From Octopus sinensis (lineage: Eukaryota), in contig NC_043006.1 of NCBI RefSeq assembly GCF_006345805.1, forward strand, positions 74,400,001 to 74,464,000: DNA of 64,000 nt, written 5' to 3'. Of the stretch, positions 13,341 through 27,609 are shown piece after piece. Position numbers and translations under genes: made by a program. Position 1 is the stretch's first letter, and every line of letters starts with the position of its first letter. Under the pieces are notes generated by a model. It was not told where the DNA came from, did not search any database, and saw only the letters and a list, made by a program, of their open reading frames with translations.

Positions 13341-15421
13341 TCTACTTTCCATCTATAACTACATGTTTGAAAAGAGATGCTATGTCCACCACGTATTAAA
13401 AAAATAGTACAATAAATCAGCAATTTGAAACCAATAAGTACATCTCAAAGATTATAGCGAAAATGTCTTGTAAAATATGTGAGTAAAGCTAAAATTATTG
13501 AATTCTACTATAAGACAATTTGACTACTTAGAATTCCATGAAAGAGATGCTCTGTGTATATAGATATTTCTGTCTTAAAGTTTATATCTAGGGACATGAA
13601 AATATATCTGTTTGTATTTATACATATCTGTTTATCAGTTTAGATGTAAAATTTATTAATAATGTATGTCTGGGCGTTTGCGTGTATGAGTGTGGAAACA
13701 TTTGATAGTCTCGTAAAACCATAGAAATGCATCTGGAAAGTCTTGCATGGCCTTTGTTGGCAGAACAGAAATTCCTATACTGCAGACGCCAACAGAAGAA
13801 TGAAAATCTTGCCTGCATCAACTGCATTTGAAGACACTGTCCACTAGTGTTCACGTGGTCTTTTTCACCTTTTTGACGGCATTTGGAGCTACTTCTTTTC
13901 AACTGCAAATCTCAGTTCTCTCATTTATTTTTTTTAATCCCTTGCCTAGTTCGACCCTTCACTATTTCTCAGAGGATATGATTTTGTAAGTTCGATTTTA
14001 CAGAATTCATTTTTAATTATTGTACTCGCCCAACAAGACATCTATACTAGCAATCTTATCACTATAGCAAAGGCTATTTCTCAAACTCAACGTTCATTTT
14101 CATCTTATATTTTCTATGTTTAAAGTATCTCTCTCAAACCGACAATATATCATTATGTCTCCTTTAATAATAACCATCATACATTTTCTCTCAAAAGGTG
14201 AACCAGATGGTTTTCGTTATTGCTTTGCTAATGTCAGATCTATCTAAATATTTTCCCAGCAGACAGTGAAAATTTCCATCTTATTAACATGATTACGTGT
14301 GTGCAATGAAAGTGTAAAGAAAACAAAATTTTTGAAAGACAGGACAACAGAGATACAAACATGATCTATTTAGAGATAAACCGACATGTGTAAACCTTCG
14401 TTAATCCACAGAGGTAAAGAATGCTCGTTACATTTCTAATCCTTTTGTGTCACTCTACGTTGTCAAACAAATTACTTGTATCTGTTTCCCAATATCTTTT
14501 CTTGTCATATGTGATTAATGACTTAACTAATATAGTGCTGGGCGGAGAAAATTGCATGATCAAATACTCAGCTGAGATGTTTCGATCGAATTAAGACCAA
14601 AGTATTACAAAATCGATTTGAATTTGCTTACCACTTAAATATTCATACCAGCAGCATGTTGGCTTTAAAACGAATAGCAAGACTAGTGTATCTGACTAAA
14701 GGCCGTAGTTGTATTCAATTAATACAGGGATTAGCTTCTGAGTTTAGTCTCATGAGCGAGAATTTTGCTTTTTATTCCTACAGTATTAGCAATAATTTCT
14801 GTTAAAATAAACAGATCATTTGAATCTATCTAAACAATCGCCCTTATAGCTTATCAAAGGAAATCAGTTTCTGTAACAATGTGGAAAGCTTACAGGAATA
14901 CATCAAGATGTAATTATTTAGATTATCGAGACAATGACTTTGTTTCGTATCACTGTTGAGAAATATTTATTTTGCATCAGAAACTGACATTATTCTTGAG
15001 AACTGGACGAAGGCTTTAATGTGTTAATTTCTCTCTTCTAAAATACAAAACCTTTGTGACTAATGGTTTGAAGTAACTAATATAATTTCAAATTTCCTTG
15101 AAAAGTACAAGCTGCCTCACATCAAAAAACTTTATATATATGTGTATATATATATATATATATGAAGCGTTCTTGAGCAACAGAACTAATCCGTATATTT
15201 TGGATTCCCAGCCTTACCACAAGATCTCTGTTTAGAGAAGTGTATATTCAACGAGATTCGACAACAGTTACTGATTGGTATTTATTATATCCACCCCTCC
15301 ACAAAGAAGAATGGATAGCCTTGGCCATATTAGAATTAAAAACAGACATAACAAAATATCGTAAAGCTTTTTGTTTTCTTCCATGCTCGATTAATTCTGC
15401 CAACAGAGCGTCTATATAAAT

Positions 15422-15960
15422 ATTGGTTTCAAATTTTGACACAAGGCCAGCAATTTGTGAAGTAATTTGAGGTGGTGATGTCGATTACATCGACGCCAGT
15501 GTTCTTATGGTATTTATTTTATCGACCCCGAAAGGATAAAAGGCAAAGTCGACCTCGGTGAAATTTGAACTCATAACGTATATACGGGCGAAATGCCGCT
15601 AAGCATTTTGCCCGGCGTGCTAACGCTTTTACCAGATCACCGCCTTATCTACAACATAGATATGGCTAATTTGTTGTAGCAGTTTTGAAAAATACTGCAA
15701 TTAAAGAGGTATTGCGTGCTAAGATGGATCCAAAAACTTTGTCATCTCTTTTCAAAACCGCTTTATGTAATAAATAATTTTACCACTAATCTTTTTACAT
15801 ACAGAGTTCAAATCCAGCCGAGGTCGACTTTGTCTTTCTTCTCTTTAGGGGTCGATAAAATAAGGTTATTGAATAAAAGACCAGCGAAGTGATGCGACAA
15901 ATGTAATGGAGTAACACCCCACTTTAAAAATTGCTGGTTTTGTGTCAAGAGTAGAAACAA
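15422..15960. mobile_element. Two head-to-head copies of SINE family D (15422-15646 minus; ~15800-15960 plus)
   Basis: tRNA-like head with GAGTTCAAAT B-box, core GCCGAGGTCGACTTTGCCTTT..TCCTTTCGGGGTCGATAAAA, and tail AAATTGCTGGCCTTGTGTCAAAATTTGAAACCAAT. Confidence 0.75.
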
Positions 15961-18900
15961 TTATTTGTAAATGAAACTAACGCCTATTGTTGAGCTTTGT
16001 TTTTGATGTTTGATTTTGATCTTTCCAGTTTCAGCTCATGAGCTGTGGCCATGCTGGGGCACCGCCATGTTACTTGTAGTTATTGTGTCTTCGGGACTTA
16101 TATTAGAGCAGATATTAAATAACCTCCAGCTTGACTGGCTAATCGGTTTCCTTTTTCTTCCGATAACCAATATGATATAAAAATCCATTGTTAATGACTG
16201 TTTCAAGTTCCATAAGGAAATATATATTTCTGGCGAGCTGCATCCACCACAAATTAGAGTTTAAATATTATCTAACATATCTTCATCGTTCAACCACCCA
16301 TATCGATGACATAAGCACCAGTGATTCACCTATGGTAATTGCATCGGCCGTATTCTTCTTCGAATTGTAAACCAATCCTAAAGAAATTATTAGTTTTAAC
16401 ATTTTTGGCAATGATCATCTTTGTAGATGATGTACAATAATGTAGAATTGCCACATTATAACTATTGCTGCGGTTTCCAAATGTGTTGTCATTATGCTGA
16501 CCGTGTTTTTCTTCCACTAATTTGCATTCATTTCGACTTCAATTAATAAAAAGCGTGGATTCTTTTCATTTTTGTATTTTTTTCATTTAAAGAACATCAT
16601 TCTGCAGTTTAAAAACACGTATACGTTTCAGAAACGACGGGCAAAAGAAATATCTGTATATTGTTTAATGCTATATAAAAGAGACGTTTGTTTCAAATGT
16701 GTGTACGCAGTGAAGCGTCTAGCTTTTATGCAAAATAGAAGATTCTGTATAAAATGTCCATTTTTAAAGGACTTCCGTTAATTAAAATTTAGCTCTTGCA
16801 GCAAGCAACGAAAAAGTAATGTAAACATAACCACTTTACATTCAATCTTCCCGAACTTTCTTTCATTCTCTCCTTTTCACCCGTTATTTTTGTTTCTCTC
16901 TTTCACTATCATGCGTCTACTGACAATTGTTTGGTCTCCATTTTAAAATTTGGACATCGATTAAACAATTGCTACAAGGAAAGTACTCAAAATGGTTGAG
17001 AATCCTCAACAATTTTTGTTGGGGGTTCCTTATTTTCTTTATATAATCAATATTAATTTCAGTATAGAGGAAATTATTAACTTTCCGTGATTATGCTCCA
17101 AAGAAGAGAATCATGTTCTGTGTTTGTCTTAACGGTACGAAAAACATCCTTTGGGTGAATAATAAAGGCACGTGCTGGATTAAATACCTTGAGTATCAAG
17201 AACAACATTAAATGTCATTCATAGAAATTTATTCCAAAATTCATTACGTTCTTAATTAACATTTCTGCACAGATCAAACTATGATCTTGATCTATTCCCC
17301 GTTTATAATTTGAAATAAAATTAATCATAAATTTATGACAAAAGAGAGTTTTCCTTAAAATCTAACGAATTATAGAATTTAACTGCGAACACTTGTTTTA
17401 TATTTTTGCTCTTGTTATAATGTAAACATAGGTGAAGGAAAAAAATAAATACATTTATACAACTCAAGATAAAATATTTCATCATGAGAGTCATGAATTC
17501 AAGTTATTTGGTTTTACAACTTTGCTACTGTACCGTGAATATTCGATGTCAGTCGGATTTAGTTAAGTAATTAATACACGGCAAACATAAACCATTGCAC
17601 GCTTACATGTATCTAGGTTTGCATTATTTGAAAAAAACATGTTCGTGTAATCAAAAATGTCGTCCGCTCCTAAGCGTAATCATATATGCATACACACACA
17701 CACACTTGAACATACCTCACACACACACTTGAACATACCACACACACACACACACACACACATATATACACACACACATACACACCACATACACACTCGT
17801 GCACACGTAACGAGAGTAAGTAATCATGTTAGTTGCTAAAACATTTGTAAACATTGTTTCTAGTACATACTTACGTACATACATGCATATATACATACAT
17901 ATATATATGCATTCTACATACATATACACACATACACACACATTCATACATATATACACACATACACACACATGCATACATATATACACACATACCTATA
18001 TACACACATACCTATATACATACATAAATACATGCATACATACACAACCATGTACTGATTAACTCATAAATCTGGTTTTGCATTTTTGTACCTTTTTTTG
18101 TATATAAGAGAGAAGTTTAGCGTCGGCAGTTTGTCTCTGTCAATATCATTAAATCATGTACGATTTGTGAACGGTAGTTTTCAAGAAACCGAGAACTACA
18201 GTATGATATATTTCACAGATAGTGTATTCTCGATAAAGCGCATTTCACACATAATATATCTCATGGGGTAAACAACGATAGTACTATTAAATTGACGAGC
18301 AATTCTCACTCAGCTTACATTGCTTAATCTAATTCTTCTCCAAAAATGTTGCCAGACCATTATAATATCTATAAATTCATTATGAATTATTTTAGAGTTG
18401 TAAAAGTAGTACGTATACTTTAACAGCAGTAGATTTGAAGCCGCAAGGCATTGCAATTAGTAAAATACATTCTTATTTTCCATAGCCTGTAGAGATTTTT
18501 AAAATATCATTATAATGTTGTACTTCAGAATTCTTTTACCAACCAATAATAATGAAAGATTATTCCAGTAAATTAACAGATTTGTTTTTTATGAAATGTG
18601 TCGTATCATTTACGAGAAGAATACAGATTTAATTTAGAACCAAAATACACCATTTCTTAAGAGTCGTCTGAAATTAACACCAAGATTCTGTTACTCTTAG
18701 TAACAGCGGCTAAATTTCCTTCATCAGTTTCATCTAAAGAGAAAGGAACGACACGTTAGATTATGTAATTCTAGATACTCCTTAAAGGTGGGATGGTCAC
18801 TGGTGGAATGTTTTTGATTATATGTTTACTTGACCCGAGGTAAAAGCAGCAACAGTGACAATACAGTGGTTGTTTATACATCGCATTTAATATTTTAATG

Positions 18901-20828
18901 TACTAAAATCAAAAGTATATATATTTGGCACCAGTAGTAAAGGATAATGGCAAGCTAAGTTATCACGCTGTAAATACTGAAAATAGATATTTTAATTCGA
19001 ATAAGACTAACTAGTAAATAAGGATAGATTTAAACCACAGACCTATTTGTCAAATATTCAACAATTTATAGCCTAAAATCCCGGAATATTTACAAAGCAA
19101 AACCACAGATGGTAGCTCCGGTCGTAGACTCTAATGTAATACTTTAACATCTGAAACAACTTGAATTAAACTCATGTAAAAACATTATAGTTAGTCCATT
19201 GATAGTCAATTGCTATACGATCATTTCAAAGCTACCCGTCGTCTTTGAAATATCTATTAACAGATTAGTTATGTTACATAAGTAAATTATATGAAGCAGG
19301 AGGTTTCCAGACATAGTATTTGAAATACTATTCAGTTCTTCATGAGAGAATATCACCTCCTTTAATGAAATCACAATATTCTGTCAGCAAGTCTTTTAAA
19401 TTTTATCTTTAGGCCACATCTCTCAGTTCACTGCTACAAATACAAATAAGTGTCTTTATTCAAGACGTCTGACAGTTCTCTTTATATGTATCTGACAAAG
19501 CTGAAGCTATTTGTGCTTCCATGCATAAAACTGTACTCTCGACTAAATTCCACAATTCTTCAATAGTGTCTGTAAGAATATTTAGTGGCCAAATAAACTA
19601 AAGGACTCTTTCATTTAGACATTTATTGGAACAGTTTCTTTTGAGTTTTATATTTTTTTCAAAAATGCAATATTTATAATTTTGAAGTCTTAGTTTCTTA
19701 GCTAGTTACATTCTGCGATTGTAGTTGAAACTGAAGCGGTTAGACTCGTGGAAGGGCCTTATTAGCCATTAAATGCCTCTACCCCGACACACAGCTATAT
19801 GTTATAATAATTCCTTGCGTTACTTAGCCCGTTCATATGAGTAAATAAAAAGAGAGGGAAAGAAAGAGGAAGACAGAAAAATGGACAAGAGAAGCGTCCA
19901 TGACGTGACGTAGAGGGAACATAATTGTAACGCTTCCACGGGATTGGAGAACAAGAGAAAGAAAAAGGAAAGAGAGAAAAAGAGGGAGAAGGAAAAGTGG
20001 GAGGGAGCAAATTAGGATAAGACGAGAATGAGGCAGAGAGATAGAGAGAGTGGGTGAGAGAGAAAGAGAAAGAGCGAGAGAAAAAAGACGGAGAGAGAAA
20101 CGCCCATGACATGTGGTAGTGGGAAAGTAATATTTAATATGTGGTTAAAAAATAGTTGAAGGTAGTGATATACAGGTGAGTCAGGAATATAATTCAAGCA
20201 GAGAGGCGATGTTCTGATGGTGAGAGTAACGAAAGTCAGAGAGAGAGAGAGAGAGACAGACAGGAAGACAGATAGATATGGTGGTGGTGTTGTTAGCGAT
20301 GGTGAGTGCATAGTGAACAGTATATTTTAAAAATTCAACTATGTTTTTTATATCCCCTATCACTTAACGCATGCGCATCCTAAACTTGCCATTCAGTGTA
20401 GAAAGAAACCAGTACCCCGTTTGTTTGTCTTACGTAATAACTATCATTAAATTACAAAGGCAGACATTCGATAAAGTGGGGCCGTTGTTGTCTGAACCTG
20501 TATTCGGCTATGTTCAGCTATATGTTGCATTCTCAAGGGCTCGCAAATTATCTCATATGAGAGTTAAAGTTATCAACAGTGACAAACAAGAGAAAAGAAA
20601 GGAAGAACTTACACGAAGAACATAGTCTGCAAGGAAGTATCGGTTTGAATGGCGTACGCAAATTGAAATGTGTGTTGGCTCTGAACCATCGGCTTGCCTT
20701 ATAAGTTACCAACGATCTGGTTTTCAGAGTATGCCATACTGCATTTAATTTTTACCCGCGTAAAACTGTGACCCCCTATATTTTACATTACGCATTGTGC
20801 ATTGTTTGTAAAGAATTAAAAGATTTGT

Positions 20829-21040
20829 ATGGTACAACAATGCACTATAATACAGACAATGGGCTATATACCTGTTGTAATTTAATCATCCATAGTCTGA
20901 TATGATCTTTCGGAATAAAACTCCATTTAAGAATATCTGAAGAAGGAATATTATTCCGAAATATCATATCAGACTATGAATGACTAAATCACAACAGGTG
21001 TATAGCCCATTGTCTGTATTATAGTGCATTGTTGTACCAT
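20829..21040. mobile_element. ~210 bp palindrome with a central minimal HHR, nested in the Helitron
   Basis: atggtacaacaatgcactataatacagacaatgggctata.. and ..tatagcccattgtctgtattatagtgcattgttgtaccat are reverse complements over ~90 bp per arm. Confidence 0.75.
20933..20969 (+). ncRNA. Minimal hammerhead ribozyme motif
   Basis: AUAU-CUGAAGA-A-GGAAU-AUU-AUUCC-GAAAU-AUC-AUAU: intact core, 5-bp stem II, loop-less palindromic stem III (AUAU) and AUC triplet. Confidence 0.7.
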
Positions 21041-23226
21041 TAAAAACTTTTTATTATTTACATATAAAATATATTTTTTTACTATAAATCTTTTCTTTCC
21101 TTGATATGAAATTGTAACCATATAAATTTTTAAAATGTAATTTTTTTCTGTTTATGGCAAAAATGGAAAAAAAATGTGAATATTTATTTTATGAGTGTTG
21201 TGAATTACGTCTATAAAATTGTGCATAAAATACATAAAGTATGTATATAAAGTGCATTAAGTAATCATCATAATTCCAATTTCTTTCACTTTTCAATGAA
21301 TAGCAGATGAGCGACTATCTTTTTATACAGACACGACACAGGCTACACTTTCAGGGTTTTGGGATAAAGTTTTCAGGAATAACCTAATAGGTTTCCTATT
21401 AATTCCGGGAAATATTCACGGGTTCCGCTAGTTTATTTTATTCTTTAAAAATATCCTATACTTTGCAGCATGGAAGGTGTTTATAAGCCATTTAAGATAC
21501 ACACAAAACCGTTAGATTCACTTCAACATTTAAATTTAATTTGTCAAAATATTTTCGTCGCTTTGAGACCGCAGCCTGTTCACGAATTGTTTTCGTTCCA
21601 GCACACGATCTCACATCAAGTCACTCGCTATGCAAGTACATCTCCATAAATCCTATACTTTAAAATATCAAAATCATTTCACCGAACTTTTGCGACATTG
21701 TCAAAACTATAATTTCCACTGCATCTGATGAAAATCAGTAACTGTATTTAAACTATTATATTTTACTGCATTTAACGTTAAATCTTAAAATCAGTTACTG
21801 TATTCAGAGTATTATATTTTAAAATGTTCAATATAATCGGTGAATCAAGTAGTTTATTATTTTATGTTATTCGAAGGTCATGAAATCATTTGATGATATT
21901 TTTTCAAATAAATGATAGGTTTTTTTCAATATCTCTTTGCACTTGATTTATCGACATTCTTTTAGAAATGGTAATATTAATTCCGGTGTGATTTAAAATA
22001 AGACTATGAAGAAATGAACCTAAATATTTCTTAAAATCCGAAATCCTAAGAATGTGGTGATGGTATGAGTCGGCATGCCATACAGAAGAGAAAAATCTAG
22101 TGTTTCTAACTATTGCTCAGCAGTGAGTAGAAAAGAAGTTCTAAGAATCTGAACAGTTTAACTTTGCACTTCTCACATCAATAAAATTTACAGTATTCCA
22201 AGAAGTCTCCTTTTAAATATTAAATAACATTGGTATATTTGCCGCTCCATTTATTCTAATATGTTTTCATAAATAAAATAGATCTAAAAGCTGTCATATA
22301 AATTATATTGACGTATTTATAACTATAATTCTTTAAAATGTTTCAGGTATTTAAGTATTCACGTTTGACAGTCTCCATTAAACGTTCATCTTGAAATATA
22401 TGACATGACAAGTCTATGATACGATTTTGTTATTTGCTTCAAACTGTGCTTAAGAAGGTTTGAAAAATATTAATTAAGAACAAACTTCCCTAAAGACATT
22501 ATAAATATTTTAGTCGATCATATTATTTCGTTGTAACCTTGGTATTTATTACATAATATGAACAGACATTTTCTGAGATTACTCTCTCATAATATTTCAT
22601 ACGATCACGTATACATACACATACAATGCATTGAAGCCATCATATTATTCTGCTTCAACTGTGGAACGAACTGTGAAACCAACTCATTTTGATGCAAAGA
22701 ATTGTTATGAAGATGTATCATGTCATGTATAAAAAATAGAAAAAAAAAAATGTTATAAAACGTGGAATTTTAAAAAGTTTTACGAGTGAGTATTAAAAGA
22801 AAAGCAATTTGAAGAGTCCATGGAATATCGAAAAAAATCTTCGTGGTATTTTGGGGGTGGTCTCGTCCGGACTGTGTTCAAATTTTGATCCACTTTGTCC
22901 AGATCTTTCCAATAACGATAAAATGTTTTTTCGGTTTGGTGTGTCTTCTCCCTTAGAAGATAGCCACAAATAGGGTAACAGCCACATGACGGAAATCAGT
23001 AAAAGTGTCGCAGAATTATTAAAAGAAATCTTCGGCCTATAAGTATGGAATAAGACTTAGACATAGGTGTTCTTTTAAAATCAAAAATCTAAAAATTTCA
23101 TATAGTATATGTACAGCAACAGAAGTTTTTTTTTTACAGGGAATACATTCACTGACCTATATATTACCCCCTCTTTGTCTGTCCTTGTTTGTCCCCTCTA
23201 TGTTTAGCACCCTGTAGGCAATAAAG

Positions 23227-23300
<74 letters not shown>

Positions 23301-23950
23301 ATATGTGCACTTCGCTTTCCCATTTTTATAGCTTGTATAATGGCGTTCTATCCTAGAAGGTAGCAAATTTCATAGTGCTTCCATCGAAGACAATTCGACA
23401 AGAGAAAGTTTTCCTTACCGCCGCCTTCGACATGCAATATAAACATCATATCTAGCCCATTCTTTAAGTTATGTAGTCGTGTGTGTGTGCGCGCGCACGA
23501 ATGAGTTGACTAACGAAAGTAGCACACAACACATGTGATAGAAATTACACATACAATATAATAACAGCTTGGTTGACCCTTCTTTGTCATATACATCTTT
23601 AAATATCAATAATCCTGCAATAAGTACCAAATATTTGAATTGCATAAAATGCGATAATAATGTTAGAAATTCGGTTGAATATTTTCAAGATTTTTAATGG
23701 TATTCGGTATTCTTCCGATTAGAGGGAAATATCTGAGCGTTACGGTTAATTAACATGAGAGTAAAGTATTAATGCATTTTGGCAAATCGTATTTAAATTC
23801 GAATTTCTGTCCTTATCATACGAATATAAATGCAAAATTTTCCAATGAGTTTTTGGTTTTGCATTGAAATTCTTGCTCTGGGTATGTGCAAAAATGTACA
23901 GACACCTAAATATTTAGCGTAGAAATGTTTTATTCTAAATATCTTTTACA

Positions 23951-24517
23951 GGTGCAGGAGTGGCTGTGTGGTAGGTAGCTTGCTTACCAACCACATGGTT
24001 CCTGGTTCATTCCCCATTCCCACTTTGTGTTCTACTATAGACTCGGGCCAACCAAAGCCTTGTGAGTGGTAGAAACTGAAAGAAGCCCGTCGTATATATA
24101 TATAGGCGGAATGGCCCAGTGGTTAGGACAGCGGACTCGTGGTTTCGATTCCCGGACCGCGCGTTGTGAGTGTTTGTGCGAAAACACCTAAAGCTCCACG
24201 AGGCTCCGGCAGGAGGTGGTGGTGATCCCTGCTGTACTCTTTCGCGACAGCATTCTCGCATTCTTTCTTCTGTTGGCCTACTCTCTTAGCCAAGCAGGGC
24301 GGCGTCATTTGAAGGCTAAAACAATGCGAAGCACATTGTGACCAGCGATGTGTAGCAACATCTGATAGCCTAGTCGGTCACAGTGATCACGGTGATATAC
24401 TGATATAATAAGTACTAGGCTTCTAAAGAATATGTCCTGGGGTCAATTTGCTCGGCTAAAGGCCGACCTCCAGCATGGCCGGAGTCAAAATGACTGAAAC
24501 AAGTTAAAGAGTAAAAG
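23951..24517 (+). mobile_element. tRNA-derived SINE family A interrupted by a family B SINE
   Basis: Head GG..GGAGTGGCTGTGTGGTA..GGTTC at 23951-24093. Tail AAGTACTAGGCTT..CAGCATGGCC..TGACTGAAACAAG at 24407-24517. Confidence 0.8.
24105..24395 (+). mobile_element. tRNA-derived SINE family B (OR-like), tail type 1
   Basis: A-box TGGCCCAGTGG and B-box GGTTTCGATTCC. The body is shared with the copies at 27609 and 43198. Confidence 0.85.
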
Positions 24518-24799
24518 CGTATTCCATTTCTTGCAGTCATTGGACTGCAGCTATATGCTGAGGCACCATCTTGAAGTGTTTATACGAACAAAATTATCAC
24601 TTTTTTCGTGCTTCTCTTTCGGAGGTTTCCCAAACAACAGTGGATGTAAAACAGTGGGGATTGTCAAATACACACACAAACACATACACACACATATGTA
24701 TATGTAAGTATATATGCATGTATTCCTGTACATATGAAAGTATGCATGTATGTATGCACGCAGGCGCAGAAGTGGATGTGTCTTAAGTCGCATGCTTAC

Positions 24800-25830
24800 G
24801 TATGCGCCTCTGTTAGTTAGTTGCTGAATTGAACAAGGGAAGACGTGTAGCTGTATACCTCCGTCTTAGAGAAAAAGGTCGCCGTCAAGGTAAACGATTT
24901 TTTTTTTCTGAGCTGGGTAAAATTGTTGTCTTATTTTTATTACAGTACATTCTGCCCTGCTCTGGGGCATTTTCACTTACTCTTGGCGGTGAATTTGTTG
25001 CTTGTTTAGCAAAAGTGTGTGTGGCTTGTTGCCGGTGAGCTTGTTTGAACAGCCGGAGAAGCAAGCCAGAACTTTTTGAAGTATATTATTGTTTCTCTAC
25101 AGTGGAGAAAAATTGAAGAAAAATTATTGTTGTTTTCAAACCATCTAAGAGGTTTTGAAACTTACCGATTTGAAGAAGAGATTAAAACTTTTGTTTGCTG
25201 GATTTTACCATCAAATTGAGAGCTACAACCGAGCCGGGATCGAATAGGGCCAGAGTACCATTGTGGACTGAATTTTTTTCTACCTGGAACTATATTTTAT
25301 TTCTATTTACACTTTGTGAACTGTTGTTTTTCCTTTCTCTTTCTTTTATGAACTATTTTTGGTATGGACTATTATTTTCATTTCTTCCGCCTTTATTGAA
25401 CATTTTTTTCTATATTTCCTGTGTTTAGAATTTTTAGTTGTGTTTATTTTCTGTGGACATTTTATGTTCTCATGGCAGAGAATAGGAAGGAAAATAATGT
25501 CACTGTTTTGGAGTGGGAGATTGTCCTTCCCAAGAGGTGGCTTGAAAACCATGAGAGGAGGACGGTGGTACTACGGACCTATTCTAGGACGCGTGACGCC
25601 ATCGCCCCCTTCGAGAAGGGTATCATTAATAAAGAGCTGACAAAATGTTTGCCAGCTAAAGATTACTTTTTGGCCAGGGGTGTCAGGTATGCAACGGTGT
25701 AGTTGCTATTTGACACCCCTGAGGAAGCTTGCACTGCGGCAAGCCAGCCCCTAGAAGGAGAAGAGATTTTGTTCCTTCCCACATATTGTTGGAAGAAAAT
25801 AACGAGAGCCTGGATACCGAAGCGGGGTGG
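24800..25830 (+). mobile_element. Probable L1/Tx1-like LINE 5' UTR plus ORF1 N-terminal remnant
   Basis: Reads ..HERRTVVLRTYSRTRDAIAPFEKGIINKELTKCLPAKDYFLARGVRYATV*LLFDTPEEACTAASQPL..FLPTY.. through one stop, resembling an RRM-type ORF1. Recognised by eye only. It is truncated by a SINE. Confidence 0.45.
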
Positions 25831-25857
25831 ATTGCAAATGGCCAGTTTGATGAATAA

Positions 25858-26023
25858 AAGTATCTTGCTTACCAACCACCTGGTTCCGGGTTCAATCCCA
25901 CTTCCTAGCACCTTGGGCAAGTGTGTTCTAGTTTAGCCTCGGGCCGACCAAAGCTTTGTGTGTGGATTAGTAGACAGAAACTGAAAGAAGCACGTCGTAT
26001 ATATATATATATATATAAATATT

Positions 26024-26054
<31 letters not shown>

Positions 26055-26183
26055 ATTTTTGTGTCTCTGCTTGTCCCACCACCATCGCTTGACAACCGAT
26101 GTTGTGTTTACGTCACTGTAATTTAGCGATTCGGCATAAGAGAACGATAGAATAAGTAATAGGCTTACAAAGAATAAGTCCTG
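25858..26183 (+). mobile_element. SINE family A (partial)
   Basis: Matches the family A body (GCCTCGGGCCGACCAAAGC..GAAACTGAAAGAAG..CGCTTGACAACCGATG). Confidence 0.8.
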
Positions 26184-26229
26184 GTATATGTATGTATATA
26201 TATATGTGTATGTGTGTATGTATATATGG

Positions 26230-26290
<61 letters not shown>

Positions 26291-27577
26291 ATATGTGTGT
26301 GTGACCAGCTTCCACACCGTTTGTCTATGAAATCAACTTACAAGGCTTTCGTCGCGCCAGTTCAATTGTGTACGACACTAACATAAGCTTCAGCTCTGTG
26401 GAAAGAAGACTGGACAAAAAGTCACGTGGTTGCCAAGCGAGATTCTTAACCACGTAGCCATGCTTGTCCCGATATGCCTCATGATTTATAACTAATTAAA
26501 TTCTACATCGTCATTTGCTTATTAATCTACCCTCTCCACTTCGAGTAATATAATTTATGAGTAGGAAAAAAATTGAATACTTAGGACGAGATCTAACGGT
26601 TCCTCGTTTACATTATAGCAATATGTTAGCAATGAAAAATATCTGGTGATTATTCCAGAAATACTTAGATTTAACTTATGCATGTATATGTGTGTGTGAA
26701 TTGGGTTTTCGTCTTTTTTTTTACATCAAACATAATCCTTTAGTCTTAGATTACTTAAAAAGTCCAGTAAAACATTTTCTGCATATTGTTAATTCTCGAG
26801 TCACAGTGTTAAGATTGTTATAAAAATACTTGAACTTTCTTTGGAAATCCTTAATAAAATCATCTTTACGATGAAAATAATTTGCTTCATTGTTTTTCAA
26901 ACAAGAAACCATAGATTTCCTAGATTAAATGACAAACTTAATCTACTTCGAATTAGCATTGCACTTAACGATATAAATCGTTCACTTCTTATAGGCAATC
27001 AAATGTAAAGAACACACATCATTGTTTAATTAAAATAAATTAAGTATTAAAAATCAATAGTCTGCTGTTAAGTAATGAATTCATCATTAGATCACAGCTG
27101 TTCTATGTTTTAAAAGATTGAATACTAGCTACGCGAGAATTTTTCCCCCTCGTCGCAAGATATTTCAATGATGCAAAAATTCAGAATATATTATGCAAAA
27201 ACAGCAGCATATATGTTGCTTAGTAACGAATTAAGTGCCTTAAGCTTCTTTTTTTTGTCTTGTAATATCTTTTAGCGTTCTGAGTTCAGTACCAATTGAC
27301 ATCTAGTCGAGGTTTATCCTTCTTCCGATTTTTAAACTAATTAAATTTCAGTCATTCGATAGTGGTACGCAGCTTGAGGGGTTTTAGGGAATCAAATGGA
27401 TCCCTGTGTTTATGCTTTTTAAAAAAAGCTGGTACTGTTTTTGCAGAATCAATAGGCTTTTGAGATGTAATCAAAATAAAACTGGTCATTACACAGTGGG
27501 GAGGATTTGCACACTGCTCTACGTACACACATCCATCCATCCGTCCATATATACACGCACACACACATATATATATA

Positions 27578-27608
<31 letters not shown>

Positions 27609-27609
<1 letters not shown>

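Larger units (their letters stand above)
20375..21431 (+). mobile_element. Helitron 3' remnant: PIF1-helicase C-terminus plus terminus (5' part may extend to ~19795)
   Basis: ORF 20371..20625 reads LPFSVERNQYPVCLSYVITIIKLQRQTFDKVG..EPVFGYVQLYVAFSRAR, then TKNIVCKEV in another frame (cf. RRQFPVRLAFAMTINKSQGQT..HGQLYVALSR..TKNIVYKEV). The terminal hairpin CCGGGAAATATTCACGGG is followed by CTAG|T at 21428-21432. Confidence 0.85.

Noticed and set aside
21725-21820. CUGAUGA followed by a short stem
   Set aside because: It lacks the G of GAAA and stem I. It is better explained as part of a short local duplication (AAAATCAGT.ACTGTATT..ATTATATTTTA twice).
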